This document shows, in pieces, positions 50,091 through 62,430 of a stretch of DNA of 64,000 nucleotides (positions within the stretch are counted from its first letter, which is position 1; each line of letters begins with the position of its first letter). A program made the translations under genes and the position numbers. The notes beneath the pieces are model-generated. The model did not search any database, was not told the DNA's origin, and was given only the letters and a program-made list of their open reading frames with translations. The DNA is taken from NCBI GenBank assembly GCA_964199315.1, contig OZ116709.1, positions 20,832,001 through 20,896,000 of the forward strand, given 5' to 3'. This DNA is from Orbicella franksi (Eukaryota).

Positions 50091-53000
50091 GCTAAATCGT
50101 TATCGACTTTCAATGATTCTGGGAAACAGATGCTTGGTTCACTGACTGCATTGATATTAGTGCTTGATGGATTATATTTTTAAATGGGGGCTGGCCAATG
50201 ATAAAATCAATCTTGCATAGCAAAAACAAGGAAAAAGAATCGTGAAAAGAGTAGCTTGAAAAATTTCCTATTCAGCAAAATTGCCCAAAAAACCGCCTCT
50301 CAAAAAAGCAATGGTCATGGTCCCTTGGGTCTGTGGGTGTCCAGTTCAGAAGAGGATATTTTTCATTACAGCGGTTTTCATTTAAATGCCGCGGAAAGTA
50401 TTCAAGTAATTTCTTTGGTTTTGGTTTTGGTTTTACTATGGTTTGAGATTGGCCGAGTAGTCTAATATCGGTACGTAATAAGTTTCCTTTAGGTGTTGCT
50501 ACACTTGGGAAAACCGCTCTAAGTAAGAAAACCGACAGGTGATTTTATTTCTCCATGAAACGAATGATCACTTTAATTGCAGCTGAAGGTTTCTAAACAC
50601 ATTTACTAGTGTTCGCTGTGACTTTCATTGAGTGCTATCCTTACTAGCTTAAACTACATCGGATTAACGATACCTCTGCAGATGAAATAATTTTACAAAG
50701 AAAATATAATTGAACTATGAAATCCCTCTAGAGGTCACCTCGCCAAACATTGAAATATTTATAAATAATTAATATATTAGGTAAAAAGGCAAATAAGCAG
50801 AATCTTGAATCTTGAATCTTGAACTCGATAAAGCATATTTACAGCCGCCTATAGCCTGATTGCCACACAGTTGCCACGTATTACTGCTTCGTTGCACGAA
50901 CATTCAACACGAGTGACTTAGACATATTACGGTCACATGTTTAGAGTAACTTATTTGTTATTTAAGTTAAAAAGAAATCTAAACAATTTACTATCATACC
51001 ACTGTTACCACGGGCTTGGTTAGAGGGTTGAAAGAAGTAGTTTGACCTATTTGTGGATGGGATGGGCTAAGGTCGTTTAACCCTGATAGAGTGAGAGGGT
51101 TGGAATTGACATCTAATTTTGGATTCGCAGCTAAATCCTTTACAGTAAATAGACAAGTAATTTCTGGTCTTTATTCTGGAATGGCCGTACACACATGCAG
51201 TTAGCATAAAATGGTGCAGAGGGTTGGAAAGTACTTTGAAATTCCACCGCGATATTTCCCAACAAAACAAATATCTCCCTTGCCCATCCCCACTGGTTTA
51301 TGTTATTCTCGATAAAACTACACCTAGGGTATAGTAGTTTACAGTCTTTCCGCTTAACGTAACGTTTACAGTACTAGAATAAAAGTTTTTGTCCATTAAT
51401 CTCGTTCAACAGGCATGCCATCAAGTTCAGCTACAGCAGTTATGCAGAATCAGCGCCTACTACCCAGACTTACTGCTACCTGTTGCGCATGCTCCGTATC
51501 CTCTGTCACCTGGTTCACTGTCGGTACAGGGCTCTAGAAAAGCAAAATGTTTCAGTTAACCTGAACGTTCTGTGTTCTCGTCAATGCTTAGAACGTATCA
51601 AGGCGTGTTTCCTTGATAACTAGTTGCTTCGGTTGTGAGATCTTTAGAAGAGCTATTTCTTTAGTTTTATGATTTATTTGAGAAGATATATCATGCAAGT
51701 ACCTCAAATTTCACAAGACCCATGTTTTCAAGAAATGATTGCATATGTTGATCTTGATCTTTAGATGTATAATTAAGATATTTACTGGTCGGCCGATATA
51801 ATATAACCAGAAAGCGTTTTACAACCCAGGGTAGAACCAGCCCAATGGTCGAATGGGGTCGGAAACTTTACCACGCATCGTGAAACAGGTGACAGGTTGG
51901 CCTGTTCAAGGAGTATAGTTAGTTGGGGGTAGCGTAAAAAAGGGAGGGAGGTGTTTGTGGTGAGGTGCTTTCCTGCGAGGCACTCTCGCCGTATTTTGAG
52001 CTGCTTCCAACTAACCGAACGCCTCTAACAGGCCAGTGACTGGTGGGAGTAGTAGCGTTTTCAGCCTGAGTATTTTGTTTAGAGATCTAAAAGGGTCTTT
52101 TGCAGAACTCAAAAGTTCTCTGGTAAACTTTCCCTTACAGCTCACATCCATCCATACATACAACATTCTATTCCAGTTCTGGCCCTGTCCATGTCACCCA
52201 ACGCTACGCTCTCAGGAGAGATTGGAGTACCCTCTCCCGAGAGCGAAGGGTTTTGTGATAGAGGAGGGCCAAAAATGAACTTCAAAACATTCCAGCTGTC
52301 TTAACTCACTCTCACACATGTATCGTGGTGGCACGAGTGCATGAAAACACGCAAAAGCGCTTTCTACGGGTTATCGTATAAATGCGAGTGCTGCTAAGGA
52401 TTTGTACGACGAGTGATATTTTGAAATTCTTTCACAATTACACCAGCCTTCGAGTGGCTCAAAACAGTAATATTTCCGTGAGACGCCTGGGCTCTAGCGC
52501 GCACTTCAGCGCGAGGCATCACGCGATCATCCGAAGATTGGCGATATAGCGCGCGAGGTTTAAAGTTTACAAAAATCAAAACAAACATAGCGGCGCGAGG
52601 TCTACTTCGTAAAACTTTGTTTCCGCCGAGTTTAGTAAGCTGTTTGCGTTATCAGTTATTTTTAACTCCGAAAACATCCATCCTTCAGGCAATTTCAAAG
52701 GAAACCATCTCCTTAAACCGCTGTGCTGGAACGTCAACGAATTTGTGATGTTAATGTTGCGGTCGATCGCGCCGGCTATCAATCTAAAAAACAGCAGGAA
52801 AAAAAAACTACTCTTCAGGTTTTCTTCGTTCTTTGTACTTGGCTAGGCTCACCTCCGGGTATTTGTGGTACTCTTCTTTTACCGCTTATGCTGCTAACGA
52901 CAACAGCGAAAAAGGAAACACTATTCGCGGACTATTCACGTTTATTCCCGTAGAATTGCTGGGTTTACTGATCAGCAGACCGCCTTCACGCATGCGCAAG

Positions 53001-53806
53001 GGGTGATCTTGCAAGGTCGAGATTTTAATTTGCGCGTGGAACACGCGCTAAAATACCTTATCCTCAAGGCTAATATCTCAAAAACTGATGCGGTGACCCT
53101 ACTTTTTTAATGCACAAAAATATTCAACAGCAAAAGCGCAATGCATGTGCGAAATTGAGTGGAACGTCTCCAACTTGGAAATGTCCATTTTTCTTAATTT
53201 TAGAAAAATCCACTCCGCAGAACTTTTTATAATTTTGCCTGTGTCTTCTGTGTGTAATAACCGTGAGATTTAAATAAAAAAAATATGGGGTCACTGACTT
53301 TAGTTAGTTTTTAAGATGCAATTGATGGTAAAAAGTGGGTCGAGTTTGTTGCTATGCAACAGGACAGTGCAACCTTAATTTATGACTTAAACACAATGAA
53401 AGGCACAGTGGAAAGTTACCTTAAAAAGACAGCACAGCCATTCAAAACAGTACAGTTCCAAGCCTGAAAAATCGCACCTAGTTCTAAGTCTAAAAAAAAC
53501 CCCAGAAAACTGTTTTGAGCCACCTTAAGCCCGTGAAATTTGATATAATTTTGAAATAGCACGAGTAGCATGTAAATCCTTAATTGCTTGAGTTACTCAT
53601 TTATTAGCTATTTATAACGTGCCTGAGAAAGTTACGAATTTGTTTGCACTGTACGGCAGATCAAAAATCTGCTTGCTCTCAGCCAGTCACAATCAAGTTA
53701 TCTTTCTCAGTGTTGTAATAAATCGGAAACACTCGATTGTGTTTCACTAGTTATGGTATTCTGTAATCACCTTAGTGTTTAGAAACGACTTTCGGTCCAG
53801 GCTTAC

Positions 53807-53845
53807 GGCGTTTGGTAGAGTGACCATCTGCACCACGCACGTTCC
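53807..53845 (-). CDS. 39-nt mini-exon downstream of gene 6, homologous to the first linker exon
   Basis: Acceptor atacatttcag; (R)NVRGADGHSTKR; donor gtaagc; phase 1-1. The intron upstream resembles 19130-19429. Confidence 0.6.
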
Positions 53846-54148
53846 CTGAAATGTATTAGTGAAAACAAAAGATCATTTAGGAATCACCACAGCACTGATA
53901 TACTGCGGCCTCACTGAGGTACGATCAATTTGTAACAACAGACAAAGAATTGCGAAATAAAGGACTTCCGCCGTTACCACCGATACTATCTTTTTGTAAA
54001 TTGCATTTTATGGTCAAGTGAAGGCTAGACACCTTGCGAGGCAAAGATAAAGAAACCATCTAGAAGACTACTTTAATTTCGGACCAGACAAACGATTGCG
54101 CTGTTCTCAGTAACTACTGGTTTCAAAGCTCTGAAAATCGTTACTCAC

Positions 54149-56942
54149 TTGGAAATTCTATCTCCGGGAACGTCTGTGGATGACGATTAATGAATACTAG
54201 TATTTCGTATTTGTTGCCCATCTCATCTATTTCCAGATCTAGCTTTTTGCCCATCGAAAACCCTTCATGCATCACGGCTTTCGCCTGGTCTACATTTCCC
54301 ATTTTGTCATGTAAGGTGGCTAGTGCAGTCTTTGTCTTGACTTTCCATGTGTGACAAGGTTCTAATTCTTTCTCGGCAATCTCGTCTGCCTCTGTAAGTA
54401 AAGCCATGGCCTCATCTAAGTTACCCTTCCTCATGTGGCACATTCCAAAGTTCTTTAGAGTCGAGATACTCTCTTTGCTTTGTCTAAATTCAAGGTCCTC
54501 AAATATTTCAATAGCCTGTGCATAATAAGTAAGGGATTTGTCCAACTCGGTCTCGCTCTTCTGACGAAAAAAGTTACCGGCGTGAAGGTCCGCAATGGCC
54601 TTGAGAATTTCAGCAGTCATAAAGTGCTTCCCAAGGCACTTTTTAAAGAGTTCCCACGCCGCAAAAAACTTCTGTTCTGCTTCATCCCATTTTTTACGAC
54701 GTTGTGCAATTATTCCTGCTAATAAAAGAGTTGCTGCTGTTTCCGGGTGATCGCCTAGGTTTTCACGGCTGACTTTCAACGCAGCTTCAGTTTCTTGATC
54801 TCTTCTTTTGTTCTCAAGGGGGTCTTTCTTGCCCGAAAAAAAGCGAGCACAACTGTTGCGGAAATAAGTTTCTGATAATGGATGTGTTTCAAAGTCAACA
54901 CGATTCTTTGTATGAATTTCTTCGGCCTCCCTCATGAACTCTTGGTAATTTTCCCTGTCTCCTTTTTTCCTGCTTTCGTGTCCAAGAATACACAAAAGTT
55001 CCACTCTGTGCACTGGCTCAGATTCTGAGTGAAACATTTCCAACAATCTTTCCAGAACAAAAATGTAAAATCTCGGAAGAACACACTTTTCTAGATACAT
55101 GCACTTCTGGGGAAGATCATCAAGGAAAGTTTTACAGGATTTCACAATTTCTTGGTCTTCGATATTCCTTGGCATGTGAGTGTAAACTTGAAGGAAGTAC
55201 TCGAAGTTGTGCCTGTCCTCATTGAAGGAGTCCACAGACTGTTTGCAGGTGTCCTTGCTCCAGTAGAGATAAGCGTTGTCAGCAAGGCGAGAAATGAAGT
55301 GCGCACAGGCCAGTTTCTCTCCCAGATCTAAGAGGCCAGGATACTTGTCCGAGGCGATCTTCTGCACAAATGTTTGAATGAGCTGATGTACCTGGTATCT
55401 GCATGGTCTCAACTGCTCGACAAGAGATCTGTCTTTCAATTCCTGTAGAACTGAGACTGATTTGGCATTTGTTGTACAGTTTGCAATCAAAGACTTGGCC
55501 GCATCAGAATTGAATGAGCCAGGAAAGACACATAACAGAACGAGGGCTTTTTGTTCCACTTCGTGAAGTATCTCAAAAGATCTCTTGATTGATTTTTCGA
55601 CTGAAGTTTGGTCGGTGGACCTTCTACCGACTTGGAGGACATCCGAGGGCTCATCTTCCAGACTTTGTATGAGTTCATCTTCATTATAGTCTGAGAGCAA
55701 CGAGCCAGCAATACAAAGGGCAATAGGGACAAAACCACAAAGCTCGACCAATTTTTCCACCTTGGAAAGTTTCGCCCGACTTTCCAAATCAGCGACTCGC
55801 GAAAGAAGAATCTGCTTCGCTTCTTCTACTGGCAAACAGGCTAATCGAACATTCTTAGATTGTGAACTGGTTGTGCTGCATGCCATTCTGGAGGTAATAA
55901 TAAACGTGACATTTTGTCCTGAAAGCCTTCTCATATTTTCCAAAAGGTTTAAAAACTCGTTTATACAATCACTGTCTTCAAGAACTTCATCTGCATTGTC
56001 AAGAACGAAAGTGACCCTCGAGCACTTTTGTTTGCTCCAGTTTAGAAGCCAATGTTGGGGATTCTCTGGTGGTTGCGTCTGGTTCTCACTGCAAGCAAGT
56101 GTCATTAACGTAGCTGCTTCACTCAGGCTTTTCGTAGACCTTAAGGAACAGAACAGTACTGCTCGTTCGCAGTCAAGCCTGGACAATTCATGAGCGGCCT
56201 TGTTAGCCACTGTGGTCTTCCCAAATCCCGGTCCGCCGGTAATCCAGACAACTGAGACTGATCCACTTTGTATGGCTTCTGTAACTTGTTGTGTCTCGTG
56301 TAAACGGCCAAACATAAGTTCTCCGGGAATTTCGTCTGGGAGGCAGCTTGGAACTTTGATGGACTTATCAAACTGTTCCCACTGATCGACTTGTTCCTCC
56401 ACTCGACGTTGTATGTCATGATCTATAGGATCGCTCTTCAGGCGCTCAATCTTCTGTCGGTAAGCGTATAGCTCAAGTGCCTCTAAGCAAGAAGATACTT
56501 GCTTCCATTTCTCTTCAAATTCATCATTGGGAACGCCGGTAGAGGTACCGTGACATAGCTCATTACGGAAGCATTTGATTCTTGCAATGTTGGCCTCTAC
56601 GCTGTCATCATCTTCGGTGGGCATTTTGTGCCATCCAGTTAAAGGTGCCGTCAAATGACAAATTTCTCGAATCAACAAATGCAAAAGCGATATATCAAAA
56701 GTATCTGAGTCTGGTGGGTCTCCTGATGAAGGAAATAACTTTTCCCACTGGCTATCAAATATTACACGGCTCAGCTTCAGACTATGAAGTTTTGGACGGT
56801 TTTTGCTTAAAACGATCTGTAATTTATCGCGAGGATAAATGGAATGAAGGAACTCTTTTAGAACATGCGTTCCTCCATCAACCAGAAGTCGTGTCAGTCT
56901 TGTGCCATTTGTCTTTTCTTCGGATACATCATAAACCGCCAT
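54149..56942 (-). CDS. NLR-like gene 6: divergent HEPN-STAND-TPR, probably spliced onward
   Basis: RIKCFRNELCH, GGPGFGKT, FVLDNAD, CGFVPIAL, YQVHQLI. The apparent stop at 54141 lies in a GTGAGT donor (CCA A|gtgagtaa) at the same EFP position as in gene 1. Confidence 0.9.
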
Positions 56943-58686
56943 GTTTCGTTGCTTGCTAAATTCTTAGAAATGATCTGCTGTCGAAGCACCTTTTCCCAGA
57001 AATGTCGTTTCCAAAATGATATGCAAGCTAAAGTTCGGATTAAGCCATGTCTACCTTGCTGCAGCCTGGACCACTAATTCATGATCAATCACGAAGTTTA
57101 TCGAGTCAGACCTTTGAACGAAGATTCTGCTATCTTTCATGGGTATGTTCGTATAAAGGGCAAACCAGATCGTCAAAAAAATATTTATAGAAACCGCTTG
57201 ATGATGAAGCACTTCTGGTTTCCGAGAAAGACAAATTAGCATATGCTACTTAAGAAGAGTCAAATTAGCATATGCCTGTCTTATTTCAGACAGGGGTCAA
57301 TGCTTCCCCCAAACTTGCTCGTGACAGTCAAGCACCTGAAACGATCGTCACAAGCATTACCTTCTTGTACGTCAAATTATACAATACGTGTGACGACATC
57401 TGTTTATATTGTTACCATTGTGTGGTCGGCTCTGCCGTCACAGATTTTTAATTGGACTTCCTGTATGGGATCATGGCTATAGGATTACAGTGATTTTCCT
57501 TGTACATGTGTATGTTTGTGTACTTGTTTAAAGAAAAAATGACCGTCACGGGTTTTACATAATGTAACAGCGCCAACCAATAGAGCATGGTGCATGCAGT
57601 AGGGTGTACCGACTACAGGCAATGCAAACTATTAGTCAGATTTCACTTTTATATATGTTTTTTTCATTTCTGCAAATGCATTTCAAGCTTGAGCCCTGAG
57701 TTATGGAGGGTGCGATACTAAAGAGACTTGTTCTATAAAATACCGCACTGCAGGGCTTTTTGAAGTTTCTCGGAAAGCAAATGATGACAACGACGTTCCT
57801 CGGAAACTTCATTCACCTGGAGCAGTTGGCGATAACCCTTTGTCTCCACTGAGTTGTCTATAGATAGATAAAAAAAACTCCTTTGTATAGCTGTCAAGCA
57901 ACAATGCGCAATCAAAGCGCTTTTACTTCAAGAATCGACATACGACTAATTTATATGGTTCATTGCGTTTTCCATATTGGCCCTGTTGTTTCCAGTTACA
58001 ATGCAAATTTTTCGGTGATAAAATGGAAGTTAGACCAAGTTAGTATGACGACCGATTGGTACTCTTCTTACTTGATAGTCGCACATACAAGTCATTCTCT
58101 TGTATGGCATAGGTCCCCAAATTTTTTTGCTTTGGTCTGCTTTAGTGCTTGCATGTTTATTTTGTTGTATTTACATTATAACAATGATGTAAATGTAGAG
58201 TGCGTCGTCATTGGAATAATAGATTTCTGTCTGTAATGTCGCATGCAGTAGTCGGCGTATTCGTCGACCAGACCTGCCAATAATTCAGTTACATTATGTA
58301 TTACAACATGCTAAATCGACTTCCGTTGATTGAGGGAAACAGATGCATGGGTCACTGACCCCATTGCTATTTGTATTTTGAGGGGGCGGGGATGGGCAGT
58401 TTAAGACCAAACTCTGCAACATCAATTTTAATTGAACTTTTTCAGCGTGCACTTCAATGTTGACAGTTTGGAAGAGATGAATTCATTGTGCACTTCATGT
58501 ATACCTTGACAAATCAATGTGTGATAGTTACACGATGTCCTTACCCATGATCTGACCACAAATAACGCGGGCTCTTAAAAAAGTAATCTGAATTATCGTA
58601 ATTCTCTTGAATGACTCGTAAGTTGTTTCTGATTTGAGAATTAGAGGCGTTCGTTAAGCTTTTTCTGACCACAAAGCTTCGTAAAG

Positions 58687-61491
58687 ATGCCGCCCATTCT
58701 TGATGCTTCGGAGGAAAAAACAAATGGCTCAAGGCTGTTGCGATTAGTGATTGATGGAGGGACATACGTGCTAAGAGAGTTTCTGCATTCCATTCATCCT
58801 CCTGCAGCATTACAGGCAGTGTTCAACAACAACAAAGGAAAGCTTACAAAACTGCATTCGACGAAGAAAATTATAACCAGAAGTCAGTGGGAAATCCTAT
58901 TTCCCCCTTCAGGTGACCCACCAGACTCGAAATCATTTGATGTCACACTTCTGCATCTGTTACTACGGGAATTTTGCAGTTTGACGGCGCCTTCAACTGG
59001 CTGGCACAATTTACCTGCAGACAGCGATGTTAGTCCTCAGGCGAACATTGTCCGAATCAAATGTTACAGAAATGAGCTTTGTCACAGTGTTTCTACAAGC
59101 ATTACTGAAGTCGAGTTTGAAGACAAATGGATGGTCCTTTCTTCGGCACTGGTTGCCTTGGGCCTCGACCAAAAGGACGTAGACCGCCTGAAGACTGAAC
59201 CGATTGACCATGACACTGATCGTCGTGTAGAGGAGGAAGTAAATAAGTGGAAACTTGAAATTGAACCACGATTAGAGAGCTTAGAGGAAGACGTAGTGAA
59301 GATGAAAGGTGAAATGTCGCGGAATCAAGCAGACCAAAATACTTCTGAACTTGCAGACTGTCTTCCAGATAAAGTTGCAAATGTCTTTGGTCGCTCAAAA
59401 GAGATACAGCAGGTCATCCAGCCCATTGTAACCAGGCATGTAGGCACTGTTATAATAACTGGGGGACCAGGGTTTGGAAAGACAACCGTGGCTAACAAAG
59501 TGGGGCACGAGCTGGCCACCAACCCAGAGAATGTTGTTTTGTTTTGCTCTCTCAGGACGAAAGCAACAGTAAATGAAGTAGCTACCTCAATGATCCTTAC
59601 GTGCAGCAAAAACCACTTTCAGCCACCAGAGAACCCCCAACACTGGCTTCGAAATTGGAGCAAGCAACAGCAACAAAGGGTTACCTTCATTCTGGACAGT
59701 GCAGACGATGTTCTCGAATCAGGCGACCGAGCTGGGTTTGCAAGCCTTTTGCAAGACATGAGGATGTTAGCCAAAGGTAATGTTACTTTTGTTGTCACTT
59801 CTCGAAAAGTATTTAAGCATTCAAGCCTGGAGATGGCAGAAGTAAGAGTAACACCTTTATCCTCCGATGAGGCAAAGAAACTTGTTGAGTCTAAAGTTGA
59901 TGAAGGTGTGCGGGTGAAGCTCTCTCAGACAAAGAAGCTAGTTGAGCTATGTGGTTGTGTGCCTCTGGCTCTCTGCATCGTTGGTTCGTTGCTTTCAGAC
60001 GTCTACACTGAAGATGAGCTGATAAGACGTTTGGAGGAAAAGCCAATGGATGTCCTTAAAGAGGATTTGAGTGATGACAATTCCGTTGAAAAAGCAATAA
60101 AAACTTCCTTTGACTCCTTGGGTAAAAGCGAACTAGAGGCCCTGCTTCTTCTGTCTGCATTTCCTGGCTCCTTTGATTCTACTGCTGCTAAGGCTTTGAT
60201 TACATCATCATGCACTGAACAGCCACAATTGATCCTTCGTTCCTTGAAGAACCGGTCACTCGTTGAGATGACAGCTCCACAGAGATATCAAGTCCATCAG
60301 CTGATCCAAGCATATGCAAAGAAGATTGACCAAACCAAGTATTCCAAGGGAGAAAAAGAGGCCTTTGCGCACTTTATTTCCCGCCTTGCAGACAATGCCA
60401 ATATATACTGGAGCAAAGACAAGTGCAAAGAGTCAATTGAATCGTTTAATGAAGACAGGCACAGCTTTGAGTACTTCCTAAAGTTTTACCTGCAAGGATT
60501 AAACTGTCAAGATCATCAATACCTCATGACAAATTTGACGACCTTAGTGGAGGAGTTTTCCCAAAAATGCCTGTATCTGGAAATGTGTCTTCTTCCAAGC
60601 ATTTATGTCAAGCTCCTGGAAACATGGCTTGACCTTCTAAAGTCCGACAACACCCCACAACAGCCCACCAGCAAGATAGTGGAGCTTTTGTGCTTGCTTG
60701 GGCATGAAAAAAGAAAAGTTGGAAATCGTGATCAATATAAACACTTTCTAGAGGAGGCCATAAAACTGCACACAGAAAATCCAAATGAGTTTCACCGAGA
60801 AAAGGTATCAGAAGCCTTTTTTCGCAATAATTATGCTCGATTTCTCTCCGAAGAGAGGAACTTTGATAAAGCAGAAGAACAATTTGACATTGGTTTGAAA
60901 GTATGTGAAAATTATTTGCCTAAAGATCATGTACAGAAAGGTGTCACTTTGCTTTATTCTGGAAGAGAAGACAACCGTCGTAATGAACGTAATGAGGCCG
61001 AGAAAAAGTTGAATGAAGCATTGAACCTTTTTCAGAAGGGTCTTGGCACACATGTTATGACTGCCCTTCTTCTGAAAGATCTTGCAGATTTTCACCTTTT
61101 CCACGGTGACAAAAAACTGGGATCTTCAGAGGACCGTCAAAACTCCATTAAACTGTATGGACAAGCACTCGAAATGATGGAAAATCTTGGCATTAAAGAC
61201 CACAAAGAGTGCATTCTGCCATTTACCAACCTAGGAATTTGTCATCAACTGCAAAATGAGCTGGAGGAAGCAATGAAATTATATCAAGCATCTTTGAACA
61301 TTGCAGAACGAGAATTAGGAGAAAATCACCGGTGGAAGATCTATGTGAAGGTTCAAATGGCCTACTGGTACAAACAGAATGGAAATATGGTAGAGGCAAA
61401 AGCATGCAAAGAACAGGCAATGAGGATGAGTGATGCACTTGGACTGCCAGATCATCAACCACCCAACAAGTTTTTGCTAAAGAAAATTTGA
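58687..61491 (+). CDS. NLR-like gene 7: divergent single-exon HEPN-STAND-TPR (934 aa), head-to-head with gene 6
   Basis: RIKCYRNELCH, coiled-coil-like linker, GGPGFGKT, FILDSAD, CGCVPLAL, YQVHQLI, TPR-like helices (AMKLYQASLNIAEREL). Confidence 0.92.
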   Translation: MPPILDASEEKTNGSRLLRLVIDGGTYVLREFLHSIHPPAALQAVFNNNKGKLTKLHSTKKIITRSQWEILFPPSGDPPDSKSFDVTLLHLLLREFCSLTAPSTGWHNLPADSDVSPQANIVRIKCYRNELCHSVSTSITEVEFEDKWMVLSSALVALGLDQKDVDRLKTEPIDHDTDRRVEEEVNKWKLEIEPRLESLEEDVVKMKGEMSRNQADQNTSELADCLPDKVANVFGRSKEIQQVIQPIVTRHVGTVIITGGPGFGKTTVANKVGHELATNPENVVLFCSLRTKATVNEVATSMILTCSKNHFQPPENPQHWLRNWSKQQQQRVTFILDSADDVLESGDRAGFASLLQDMRMLAKGNVTFVVTSRKVFKHSSLEMAEVRVTPLSSDEAKKLVESKVDEGVRVKLSQTKKLVELCGCVPLALCIVGSLLSDVYTEDELIRRLEEKPMDVLKEDLSDDNSVEKAIKTSFDSLGKSELEALLLLSAFPGSFDSTAAKALITSSCTEQPQLILRSLKNRSLVEMTAPQRYQVHQLIQAYAKKIDQTKYSKGEKEAFAHFISRLADNANIYWSKDKCKESIESFNEDRHSFEYFLKFYLQGLNCQDHQYLMTNLTTLVEEFSQKCLYLEMCLLPSIYVKLLETWLDLLKSDNTPQQPTSKIVELLCLLGHEKRKVGNRDQYKHFLEEAIKLHTENPNEFHREKVSEAFFRNNYARFLSEERNFDKAEEQFDIGLKVCENYLPKDHVQKGVTLLYSGREDNRRNERNEAEKKLNEALNLFQKGLGTHVMTALLLKDLADFHLFHGDKKLGSSEDRQNSIKLYGQALEMMENLGIKDHKECILPFTNLGICHQLQNELEEAMKLYQASLNIAERELGENHRWKIYVKVQMAYWYKQNGNMVEAKACKEQAMRMSDALGLPDHQPPNKFLLKKI

Positions 61492-62207
61492 GACTCTGAC
61501 AGAGCAATGTGTGAACTGGAGGATGACATATTTAATTGATCTTGTGAGTTTGGCTAATCACAGTATTTCACTTCTAAAATAGTATCTTGTTGATTATGGA
61601 TAGAATTTAACTTTTCGAATTTTCGTTCAGTCTCTTGACATAACAAGCAGTTTGCACAACAGAATCTGAGACTTCCATAGAGCAATTTAGTTACATTGAA
61701 TGGGTGAACTGACGAATACTAAAAGATTGTATTAAGGGAATGTCAAATGATCCATAGAAATTCAGTAAGCTTTTTGTTGAAGTAATATTTTCTACAGAAA
61801 AGGTCATGCATATCAGAGCAGTTATGATGAAATTTTCTCTATATCTTCCTACAGGGATTTAGGCTCTAATATTCAATTATGAAGTATGTGTGCCACAGCC
61901 CTGGTAAATAATTATGGTAGAAAAACAAATCATTTGTGGCAATAATTGCTCGATGTTGACTAAACACCTAAAACTGTCACTAGAGTGTATTGTGCCTGTC
62001 ACCAATATTGAGAAGGGGAAAGAGGGTGTGGTTTTGTATAAAGGGGTTATGATCAAAATTTATAGTTTTAGAATGTGCGTCATTAAATGTGACAGAGACA
62101 GTCACTGTAGTTTTTTTCAGGTATAACCTCAAATCCTATATTCGCTAAAATCAGGTTATCAGATGTTATTTTTCCACACCCTAACCTGTTTCAGAGCATA
62201 TAACAAA

Positions 62208-62430
62208 GTAGTTTAATGGTTAGTGTTAGCAGGATCAGCCAGACCAGGTTCAAGCCTGGTTGGAGTTTTTGTGTTGCGTTTTTGGGCAAGTGATCACACT
62301 TCATTCTCACCGTACCTATTGTACCTTTCTCTGTCAGAGCAACCTGACTGCCAAAATGCTTCAGTTGGGGGTACTGTGATGGACTAGCATCTCATCCAGG
62401 GGAGTAGAAAGAATTCCAATCGCTGCATTC
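62208..62430 (+). mobile_element. Decayed tRNA-derived SINE
   Basis: A-box-like gtagtttaatggttag and B-box-like ggttcaagcc, followed by a SINE body (tgtgttgcgtttttgggcaag ... gatggactagcatctcatccagggg). Confidence 0.6.

Noticed and set aside
19422-61491. Bacterial contamination or recent horizontal transfer of Avs-like genes
   Set aside because: The genes are embedded among animal repeats and have spliceosomal introns in the 5'UTR and 3' end. The resemblance is architectural and cannot show transfer without a phylogeny.
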